Of a stretch of DNA of 34,216 bases, positions 12,066-21,345 are shown one piece after another. Within the stretch, counting starts at the first letter, position 1; every line of letters starts with the position of its first letter. The notes beneath the pieces were generated by a model. It was given only the letters and a program-made list of their open reading frames with translations. It ran no database searches and was not told the origin of the DNA. The stretch comes from Hydrolagus affinis (lineage: Eukaryota): positions 1-34,216 of the forward strand of contig JAAILG010006217.1 of NCBI GenBank assembly GCA_012026655.1, read 5' to 3'. The position numbers were made by a program, and so were the translations under genes.

Positions 12066-12285
12066 GTGCCCACAAATATACAGTCAATTCACTTTACAGT
12101 ATATTCTGTGAAGCGTTTTGAGACGTCTCAACAATGTGATAAGGTGCTATATCAAATGCAAGGATTATTATAAAGATAATAATAATAATCCTTGCGTAGT
12201 GCCTCACCACATCATTGAGATGCTTCAAAGAGCTACACAAAATATACTGTAAAGTGAAATTACTATATATATGTGGGCACCTTGT
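12066..12285. mobile_element. Two SINE 3' ends, tail to tail
   Basis: Plus copy ~12066-12170 and minus copy ~12180-12285 meet at their (ATT/TAA)n tails. Confidence 0.8.
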
Positions 12286-12710
12286 AAGAGATAGTACATA
12301 TTTATTGTTGTTGACAATCTAGTGGGTGATTACAGGATTTCCAAGCCACAGAGAAAACTCAATATTAAACAGATTAGCATGAGGGGATCAAGCGTGGTTT
12401 AATCTGGTACGAGTGTGATTCCTATTAAACATTAATATATAGAAATCACAAGCTCTCCGAAATGTCTGCAGTTAGAGAGCCATTAAATGTCACCTTGCCA
12501 CAATATACCAATTCATCACGCAAATTGTCTTCTCCCAAAATTAGCGGCACTTCTGTATGTGCGCCTTTTATGAATTTATGTAGGAAGCGTTGTAGAAATT
12601 GATGAAATGCGTGAATAGCTGGAAGCTTAGCAGACAAGGGCAAATGAATGTGGTAACGGTTTCTACACTAATGCTAGGGTGTTATCGTTTGACGCAGTTT
12701 ATTACGTTCT

Positions 12711-13036
12711 TAATAATAATACTAATAATAATGATAATCCTTGCATTTGGTATAGCACTTTTCACATCTTCCAGACGTCTCAAAGCGCTTCAGAATACTG
12801 AATACAGTAAAGTGAATTGACTAAATTTGTGGGCAAAACATGGCAGCCAATTGCGCACAGCAGTGTCCCACAAACAGTCATCAATTGAAATGACCAATTT
12901 ATTATTGCTTTTGTTTGAGAGATTATTATTAGGTGTGTCGAGTAAGGAAACTTGCGCAGGGTTTCACCCCCTGCCTGGATTTGAACCCTGGTCTCTTGCT
13001 TGTAAGGAGAGTGCTCCAACCACTGAGCTGCAGGAC
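12711..13036 (-). mobile_element. Full-length tRNA-derived SINE, short form
   Basis: Complete reverse complement of the family consensus. Confidence 0.9.
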
Positions 13037-13314
13037 CCCACCAATCTGCTTACTGGAAGAAAGACACCTGGAAATAAGATTCACGTTTCACAGCCAAACC
13101 ATCCAAACGATTAGGTTTGGTACATTTTTATACATTGTTGCAGAAATCAATTATCTATTTTCTGGAGTAATTTTCACCCATTGATCGTGTTGTCTGACCA
13201 CTGACTTTGATGCACTGTAAGCAAACCCCCTTGCTCCTATATTGAAGAGATTTATTCCACCTGAATTCACCCCACAATGGACTGATTGGCCTCTTTCTGC
13301 CCTACAGTTTGCTT

Positions 13315-13460
13315 GTGGGACACTGTTGTGCGCAATTGGCTGCCATGTTTCGTCCACAAAATATACAATCAGTTCACTTTACGGTGAATTCTGTGAAGCG
13401 CTTTGAAACTTCTAGAAGACGTGAAAAGCGCTAAATCAAATGCAAGGATTATTATTGTTA
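13315..13460 (+). mobile_element. SINE 3' half
   Basis: TTGTGGGACACTGTTGTGCGCAATTGGCTGCC to TCAAATGCAAGGATTATTATT. Confidence 0.85.
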
Positions 13461-14158
13461 TAATTATTATGGACCACCAACTATTTCCTTTTCTTGATTC
13501 AGACTGTTCTTCATAATAATAATCCTTATCATGTTGTCAAGACATCTCAATGTGCTTTACTGAGTTACTGTGAGTTGCAGTGGCTATACATTTGTAGATG
13601 AACACGTAAACATAATTTACACACAACAATGGGGATCGGGATTGATTTGAATAGCTCTTTTGAAAGAGCCGGCACAGACTCGATGGGCCGAATGGCCTCC
13701 TTTTGTGCTATATATATGTGTGTGTGTATATATATGTGTGTAAACAACACAGCCGTATACAATGTAGCCAGTAAGTGCAGGAGTAATGGAAGGTAGGGGA
13801 GCGGAGTTGAGAGTTAGGTGGGAAACTGAATGGGACTCAAGGGAATATATGACGTAGATAATCATATGATTAATAATGAGGAGACTCATTCGAGTTTTAC
13901 TGGACTCGACCCACAAAAATATACAGTTAATGATTATTATCACTCAGAATCCCAGTCGGGTGATACACCTGAGAAACACACGCAGAACGTATAAACTTTG
14001 TCCACTTGCCTCCACAGAACATCACTAGAGATGAGGCACCAGCTTCCAAGCTTCATCCAAACACAGAACAACATTTGTGCAACAGATTTTTTTTCTCTCT
14101 GTTTCCCACACATCGCTTCTTGCACCAGTTAAATCCACCCCCACCCCTACTTCTCCGC

Positions 14159-14293
14159 NNNNNNNNNNNNNNNNNNNNNNNNNNNNNNNNNNNNNNNNNN
14201 NNNNNNNNNNNNNNNNNNNNNNNNNNNNNNNNNNNNNNNNNNNNNNNNNNNNNNNNNNNNNNNNNNNNNNNNNNNNNNNNNNNNNNNNNNNNN
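14159..14293. other. Assembly gap (135 N)
   Basis: Run of N. Confidence 1.
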
Positions 14294-14378
14294 ATTTTAA
14301 TGACTCGAAAGCCTGCTTCACTGCGAAAATAAACGAACGCCGCAGCTTTCATTTGCCAGACCAGCAGAGCACAAACTC

Positions 14379-14419
14379 TGTGTGTGTGTCTGTGTGTGTG
14401 TGTGTGTGTGTGTGCGTGT
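14379..14419. repeat. (GT)n microsatellite
   Basis: Direct read. Confidence 0.95.
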
Positions 14420-14857
14420 AAAAAAAACACCTGACAGGAGAGATCAACAGTCTCATGTCCAGAGAGCTGTTTGTACTGTCATAACCTCATTCTCAGCTAA
14501 TGCCTCACAAACATGTCTTCTTGTAGAACACGGTGAAACAGCCTCCAAACCGCGCAGTTAGACTCTGTGCTGACAGTGGCTCTCAGTACAGTGACTGCCT
14601 TGAGGATCTATTGTTCCAGTGCCTCTTGTCATAAGGGTCCTCGCGCCCCAATCTGTCACTTACACATAAATAAACCAAACCAGGCTGGATGAATGCGCTC
14701 GATAATAACAATAATAATTTGTACATTAGATACAGCGCCTTTCACATCAGGAGGGTGTGTGTCTCAAGCCAGCTCACAGGATATATTGTAAAATGGAATA
14801 TTTTGTGGGTGAATGCAGCCGCCAATTTGCACACAGTGTCATCCCATGAACAGCCAT

Positions 14858-14991
14858 GGGGTTTTAAGAGGAAAGTAGACATGCATATGAAGGAGAGGAG
14901 AGTGGGGGGTTATGGCGGTGTGGTTGATTGACCTCCTTGCTCGGTGATGAGCCAAATGGCCTCCTTCTGTGCTGTAGATTTCTATGTTCCT
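14858..14991 (+). mobile_element. CR1 3' end
   Basis: TTTAAGAGGAAAGTAGACATGCATATG...AATGGCCTCCTTCTGTGCTGTAGATTTCTATG. Confidence 0.65.
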
Positions 14992-15484
14992 ACATTTGAA
15001 AGTGAATGGGAGATATTTGACAATATCACCTTCAAAACATATAATCACCTCAGGTTGACAGTAAATCCTGCAAAGAACTTTGAGACATTCCTTCCTCATG
15101 GGCACTGGAACGCTTTATAAATTTGTCATCGCTATCTAAACTTGATAAGTGGATCCCTTTTAAAATAAAACTAAAAATTCTCTTTATCAACCCTTCGCTG
15201 TCCAGTGCCTTTGGTTGTCCTCCTGACATGAGGGGCGCTACCTGTATATACATGCAATTTGTTGTTATCGTCACCTATACACATGCAATGTCTCTCTCTC
15301 ACACACACATACACACGCACACAGAGTCAGCCTTGATCATACAAGTCGTCATTGTTATTCCTCCAACGGGAACAAATCCGTTTGCGTCTCATGTTGCGTT
15401 TCAAAGGAGCGCAGGCACAAAGGCCCAGCCTGGCACAGAAGGTGTTAACTCTGCCCGGCTTGACCTGAGTGAGGCTGGACTGAC

Positions 15485-15781
15485 CTGTAATGGTTGCTGA
15501 AGCCTGTGTCTCCTTGTTCAGGAGCTGGTTCCTCACGATGCAGGTGTACGTGCTGTTGGGCTCCAGAGTGACGCTGATCACACTGCTGATCTGGAAGAGA
15601 CCCTCTTCGTTGGCCACTTGGGAGGTGGTGACATTGGCGGTGAGGTTGTTTCCTCTCCCGTCCTGCCACACCACTGCTGCCTGAGGGTAGCCCCCCGCAG
15701 AGTGACAGCTAATGCTGACTCGGTCCCCGGGCTTCAGGTTTTTATTGGGCTCCAAATGGAGGTTTGGCTTGGAGTAAGGGG
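15485..15781 (-). CDS. CD276: CD276 (B7-H3) IgC-domain exon, 297 bp, phase 1-1
   Basis: Translates (A)PYSKPNLHLEPNKNLKPGDRVSISCHSAGGYPQAAVVWQDGRGNNLTANVTTSQVANEEGLFQISSVISVTLEPNSTYTCIVRNQLLNKETQASATIT(G). This is collinear with human [26 protein letters not shown]...NVTTSQMANEQGLF. Acceptor tttccttgcag, donor gtcagt. Confidence 0.95.
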
Positions 15782-15839
15782 CTGCAAGGAAACAGTGTAA
15801 CGTTAGCGATTAGCAAAGGAAATTCATACTGATACACAT

Positions 15840-16140
15840 ATACACACATTCGCTTTCCACCTTGCTGATAGTCGAATGTGCATATGTTCTGTACTAATAA
15901 TGTACAATATCCTTTACTGTTACTTCCTAAATACCACATACATTCGTTGCACCATCCCAACCCACACACATCAACTGAACTCACATATTACATACACCTA
16001 ACATTCACACTTACACACATAACTTTATACAAACACACACACTTAATACCACGTACATTCACCCCACCATTCACACACATGCATAATCTCGTATTCACCC
16101 ACACACCTCACTCCATACCCACTTCACATACTGCATTTAT
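15840..16140. repeat. Degenerate (CA)-rich low-complexity tract
   Basis: Imperfect CACA/CATA repeats. Confidence 0.7.
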
Positions 16141-16159
16141 GGAATTCTCAACCACCAAA

Positions 16160-16384
16160 TTTTGGGAATTCTCTACCCCAAATGATGTAGATGCTCAGTC
16201 CTTGAACATATTCAAGACTGAGATTGATAGATTTCTTATGGATCAATGGATTAAGGGATTACGGGGATAAGGCGTGTAGGTGGAGTTAGATTAAAAGATC
16301 AGCCATGATTTTAGTGAATGGCGGGGCAGACTCGAGGGGCCGAATGGCCTACTCCTGCTCCTAATTTTTATGTTCTTATGTTCT
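16160..16384 (+). mobile_element. CR1 3' end
   Basis: Encodes WEFSTPNDVDAQSLNIFKTEIDRFL, then GGGCCGAATGGCCTACTCCTGCTCCTA and a (TTATGTTC)n tail. Confidence 0.85.
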
Positions 16385-16959
16385 AAACTCATATACACAC
16401 GTAACCTTACACAAACACCTCACTGTACATATAAGCACCAAATGCCTTCAATGCACCACCCACCTATACACAGACATAATCTCACACACATACTCACTAA
16501 GATCATTTTTGACCTGACAACTGATTCTGCCACTGACACAGATATTGGTAATGTGACGGTTGCATTGGGTGTCCATCATTACAGGCACTATATACTGTGC
16601 ATGCATGGACTGCCACAGTTTTGGGGCGTAGTTTCGGCGCGTAGTGGCTGACGGCACAGTATCACAAACATCCCACTTCTTGGCCAATTAGGACCACCCT
16701 ATCTGTTAGGAATTGAGAGGGAAGAATCTCTCTGTGAAGAGTCTGCTCCTGGACGCAATGCGACGCTAAGCTGCGTGAAGGGCACTATACAAAGTTGTTG
16801 TTGTTCCTCCGTGTCGTACCAGGTAACTAGACTATCAAGACCATCACAGAGTACAGCTGGATTGTGAAATTCCATTGCCAGGCATATCCTTCTGGAGATA
16901 GATCAAACCCAGACACCTCACCCACCACCACCTCCTCCCCCACCCCAGATAATAATAAG

Positions 16960-17175
16960 AATAATAATCTTTGCATTTGATATAGTACTGTATATTTGTG
17001 GGCAAAACGCGGCAGCCAATTGCGCACAGCAGTGACCCACAAACAGTCGCGGCTTGAAATGACCAATTTATTCTGTTTTTTTTAAATGGATTATTATTAG
17101 GCATGTGGAGTAAGGAGACTTGCCCAAGGTTTCGCCCTGATCTGCCAGGATTTCGAACACAGATCTCAAGCTTGT
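16960..17175 (-). mobile_element. SINE, short form, internally deleted and head-truncated
   Basis: Tail joined directly to CTGTATATTTGTGGGC. The head breaks off at ~17175. Confidence 0.85.
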
Positions 17176-17250
17176 AGTGGAGGGGACGAGGGACACACAG
17201 GAAGTCACATTGTTTGTTGCATTTGGTTATACACAAGTCGCAAGCTGGAC

Positions 17251-17481
17251 CAGTGATTCTCAAACATTTTCAGTAATGTACCCCTTGTTCATTTTTGACA
17301 TTATCGTGTACCCTCACCCAACCACACACACCCACACACCACCCCACTCATTCCTCTTGCATTTTATGACCAAGCTTTTCTTATATAACAAAATAACTAG
17401 CACATACAAAACAAGGGGAATAACAAAATAATATACAATTTGGAAGGCTATAAAACACTAAATAAGAGAGGTAAATAAATC
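17251..17481 (+). mobile_element. Truncated duplicate of the hAT-Charlie element at 19144-19478
   Basis: Starts CAGTGATTCTCAA and is collinear with 19144-19401. The right TIR is absent. Confidence 0.8.
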
Positions 17482-17570
17482 AGCCGAGCGGAGGCAGCGG
17501 TTGGTGGAGTAGAGAGTTAGGCAAATAATAATTACTGTACAATATTAGTAGTATTATTATTATAAAGTAC

Positions 17571-17921
17571 CTGCCACTTGCAGCATGATGGGGGCGCTGT
17601 TGTAATCGTTGATTCTAACGAAGCAGGTGAAGCTGCCCTCATCCTGGATTTGAACCTGCCTCAGGAGGAGAGAGGCATTCCCCCTCTGCAGCTCGGTGTG
17701 AAAGAGAGATGTCCTGTTGGTGAAGCTGCTGGCCTGATACATCTGTTGGTCTCGCTGGCCAGCGTAGCTGTGCACCATCCTCTTGGTCTCCGTCAGCTGC
17801 CATATCACACTGAGGTCCGACAGGGAGAAATTTCCGTCTGTCAGGAACGAGCAGTTGAGGGTGATGTCTTCCCCGAAAATGCCCAGCACTGGGAATTCAG
17901 GCACCAGGATATTCAGAGCCC
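17571..17921 (-). CDS. CD276: CD276 (B7-H3) IgV-domain exon, 351 bp, phase 1-1
   Basis: Translates (G)ALNILVPEFPVLGIFGEDITLNCSF...WQLTETKRMVHSY...FTNRTSLF...GNASLLLRQVQIQDEGSFTCFVRINDYNSAPIMLQVA. This matches B7-H3 hallmarks WQLTDTKQLVHSF, NRTALF and DEGSFTCFV. Acceptor ttctttcag, donor gtactt. In frame with the IgC exon. Confidence 0.96.
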
Positions 17922-18000
17922 CTGAAAGAAATCCAGCAACGTGGCCATGTTAGCTCGGCGGGTGGTGTGGGTGGGGGAGAGGGGTGGGGTAGGTGCCGAA

Positions 18001-18454
18001 TAATAATAATCATAATAATAATAATCCTTGCATTTTGATATAGTGCTTTTCACGTCTTCTAGATGTCTCAAAGCGCTTCACAGAATATACTCTCATGCTG
18101 AGTTTCGCCCACAAATATACAGTCAATTCACTTTACAGTATATTCTGTGAAGCGCTTTGAGACGGCGATAAGATGTGAAAAGCACTATGTCAAATGCAAG
18201 GATTTTTATTGTTATTAAAGTGAATTGACTGTACATTTCTGGGCGAAACGCAACAGCCAATTGCGGACTGTAGTGTCCCACAAACAGTCGTGGATTCAAA
18301 TGATCAATTTTATTGTTGTAATTGTGTTTTTTGAGGGATTATTATTAGGCGTGTGGAGTAAGGAAACTTGCCCAAGGTTTCGCCCTGACCTGCCAGGATT
18401 CGAACACAGGTCTCACACTTGTAAGGCGAGTGCTCTAACCACTGAGCTACAGGA
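18001..18454 (-). mobile_element. Full-length SINE (minus) interrupted by a same-family 3' fragment in the opposite orientation
   Basis: Minus tail 18001-18091, plus-strand insert ~18102-18216, minus body and head resume at 18217. Confidence 0.88.
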
Positions 18455-18455
18455 A

Positions 18456-18750
18456 TGGCGGCAGTCAAGACTGGCACGGTGGTAGTGCTCTCGCCTCTGA
18501 GTCAAAAGTTTGTGGGTTCAAGCCCCCACGTCAGGACTTGGGAATCACGTAGTCTAAGATGACACTCCCATTGTAGGATGGGTGGGTGGGTGGTTGCATT
18601 GCATCTAAAGGAGGTGCCGTCCTTTAGATGACACAATAAACTGATGTCCCATCTGTGTCTGTTCAGGTGGATATTAAAGATTCCATGGCACTGATCAAAA
18701 AGAGAAGGGAGTTCCTCTCTCCACCAGTGTCCAGGCCAACTTTATAAACA
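18456..18750 (+). mobile_element. Deu-domain (SacSINE1-like) SINE
   Basis: Head GCCTCTGAGTCAAAAGTTTGTGGGTTCAAG; Deu core GGAGGTGCCGTCCTTTAGATGA...TCAGGTGGATATTAAAGATTCCATGGCACT. Confidence 0.75.
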
Positions 18751-19143
18751 ACAAGTAAAAGGTTGGTCACTCTCTCCATGACTGGAGAATGTGGACTGAA
18801 TTTTTTTTATGTGTTTTGTTTCTGCAAGTTCTTTTTTTTAAAAAAAACCAAAGAAATGAGTTTCAAAAGTCAGAGTGAATTTGGCAATTTGCCATCTTCC
18901 GGATGTTCTGAAATAGTCCGTTGTTAAGAGTAAATCTAGGCCCAAGTGGATCACCAACAAGTTGCTTGATCTTCATCTCTCAGACCTTGCAGCTTGGAAG
19001 CCCCTGGGTTTCCAATACACAAAGTTACGGGAGTTACGGTCTTCATCATATGGGCAGGAGAGATTTTCTGTATGTTTCCAAGTGCAAACTGTATTCAGTC
19101 ACATTGATTGTTGCATTTGGTGTATACAAGTCACAAGCCAGAC

Positions 19144-19216
19144 CAGTGATTCTCAACCTTTTTGGAATAATGTACCCCTTTGTTCTTTATCAACATTATC
19201 GTGTACCCCCAACCAA

Positions 19217-19255
<39 letters not shown>

Positions 19256-19478
19256 ATCCCACTCATTCCACTTGCATTTTACGACTAAGTTTTTCTTGTA
19301 TAGCAAAATAACTAGCACATACAAAACAAGGGGAATAACAATTAAATATACAATTTGGAAGGCTATAAATTAAAACACTAAATAAGAGAGCTAAATAAAT
19401 CGATGTACTGCCACCTGTACCCTCTGGAAGTAATTTTGTACCCCCTGGGGTACATGTACCCCTGGTTGAGAACCGTTG
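19144..19478 (+). mobile_element. hAT-Charlie-type non-autonomous DNA transposon with internal (CA)n
   Basis: TIRs CAGTGATTCTCAAC and GTTGAGAACCGTTG. The 8-bp flanks AGCCAGAC and AGCTAGAG match 6/8, as expected for an aged hAT TSD. Confidence 0.82.
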
Positions 19479-19610
19479 AGCTAGAGTTCCCAGATTCAAT
19501 TTGACTAATCGACTAACAACCGGGTTACTCACTTCTAATTAATCATAGGCATGTGGAGGAAATAAACTTGTCTGAGGTTTTGTCTCATCCAGGAATCAAA
19601 CCCAGCTTCA

Positions 19611-20181
19611 GTTCTGGGCACCACACTTTAGGAAAGGCATCGGAGAGGATTCAAAGGAGATTTACCAGGATGGTACTAGGAATGAAGGACCTTAGTTATA
19701 AGGAGAGGTTAGCGAAACTAGAATTATTCTCCCTGGAGCCGAGAAGATTAAGAGGGGATTTCATATAGGTTTTCAAGATCATGAGGGGATTTTGATAGGT
19801 TGCACCGGGAAAAATTGTTTCCACTGGCATATGGGTCAGTAACCGGAGGACATTGATTTAAAACCGTTGTTGAAAGAAACAGAGGGGAGGTTAGGAATAA
19901 AAATTTCACCCAGAGAATTGCTCGAATCTGGGATACATTACCTGAAACAACAACAACAACAACTTTGATCTATCCTCCATGCCGGACGGCGTGAAAAGTT
20001 TATGAAGCTGATTCAATAACAACTTTTAAGAGAGTAGATGAGTTTTCGGGGAGAACAAGATTGCAGGGCTATGGAGAGAAAGCGGGCCAGTGGGTTTGAG
20101 TTGGACAGCTGTTTTCGGAGGCGGTGCAGGCCCGAAGGGCTGAATGGCCTCCCTCTGTGCCGTATGATTCTATGATTCTAT
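19611..20181 (+). mobile_element. CR1 3' fragment (ORF2 C-terminus plus tail)
   Basis: Encodes ERIQRRFTRMVLGMKDLSYKERLAKLELFSLEPRRLRGD. Ends in (ATTCTATG)n. Confidence 0.9.
19948..19991 (-). mobile_element. 44-bp L2 tail inserted in the CR1
   Basis: (CAA)n plus CCATGCCGGACGGCG, flanked by a TGAAA direct repeat. Confidence 0.75.
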
Positions 20182-20542
20182 ATTCAGGCATAAGAGATCC
20201 GCAATCCTAACTGGGTGTCTCTCATCCACTAATGGTTCCGCTAGCCCACACTTCAGAGAAAATCGGGCACTACACGACAGTAAGTTACAGGCATGAGTCA
20301 CCTCTACAAAGCTCGGTGACTCCCACCTCAATCCCCACACAGGCAGCACAAAGCTCCCAGATGCTCACCACCCACCTCGCAGACTGATCACTGTCAAAGG
20401 TTCATTTCATTTTGAACAGCATCCAAATCATCAAAGGACAAGCTGACTGGAGCTTCTCTGAAGGGCTTAAAGTGGCTGATTTTCTTTTCCGAAAAAAAAA
20501 AACCTGATCACGTTTACAGTGCCAACAAACAAAATGCGATCT

Positions 20543-20555
20543 TGATTGATTGATA

Positions 20556-20647
<92 letters not shown>
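20543..20647. repeat. (GATT)n microsatellite
   Basis: Direct read, one interruption. Confidence 0.98.
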
Positions 20648-20649
<2 letters not shown>

Positions 20650-20694
20650 CACCTCTCCTCTCTTTGTTCATTTGTCATTGCGATTAAGTTCTGG

Positions 20695-21345
20695 AGTCCT
20701 GTGAGCGTTGTCGTTAGTATGTTCGCCTCGCAAGCGAGAAGACCCAGGATCGGTTCTCTGGCAGCGCGAATCTATAGGCAAGTTTCCTTCCTCAGCACAC
20801 TTCTGTTTACCCAGCAGTAAATAGGAACCCGGTTGTTAGTTGATTGGCAGATTGCTTTCCAGAAGTAATAATCCCTCCCAAAAAAAATTGGTCACTCAAT
20901 CTGCGACTGTTTGTAGGACACAGTTGTGCCCAATTGCCCTGCCACATTTCAACAACAACAACAACTTTGATTTATATAGTGCCCTCCACGCCGGACGGCG
21001 TCTCAGAGCGCTTCACAGTAGCGGATCCCGGGACTGAGCCAGGGGCAGGGGCAGGAAGGTGACCAAAAGCTCGGTCAAAGAGAAAGGTCTTCAACTGTGA
21101 CCTGAAACTGGGAAGAGAGGGGGCGAGAGGAAGCGAGTGAGGAACGGAGTTGCAGAGCCTCGGGGCGTAGTGGCTAAAGGCACGGCCGCCGAGGGTGGAG
21201 CGGAGGATTCGGGGGACATTTCACCTGCAAAATACAAATTACGCAATCGATCCACTTCACCGTACATTCTGTGTGGCACTTAGAGATGTCTCAATGTCTC
21301 AATGAGGGGAGGTATTATCAAATGCAAGGATTATTATTATTATTT
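20695..21345 (+). mobile_element. Long-form SINE split by an L2 insertion
   Basis: Head, CORE-like segment and body to 20951. It resumes at 21216 and ends in the L2-like tail. Confidence 0.8.
20952..21215 (-). mobile_element. 5'-truncated L2 3' end
   Basis: Reverse complement of ~7190-7449. Flanked by an ACATTTCA direct repeat. Confidence 0.88.

Noticed and set aside
319-13943. Short ORF-track entries of 60-125 aa downstream of CD276
   Set aside because: No recognisable domains or splice context. Most overlap SINE, LINE or low-complexity sequence.
18986-19049. Candidate CD276 signal-peptide exon MMKTVTPVTLCIGNPGASKLQ(G), phase 1
   Set aside because: No hydrophobic core and a weak donor (gtctga). 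Unsupported without cDNA.
20325-20380. GEHLGALCCLCG on the minus strand, resembling the human signal peptide end ALGALWFCLTG
   Set aside because: No in-frame ATG, an upstream stop, and no good GT donor at the required phase.
20402-20671. ORFs with NQSI repeats
   Set aside because: Translation of the (GATT)n microsatellite.
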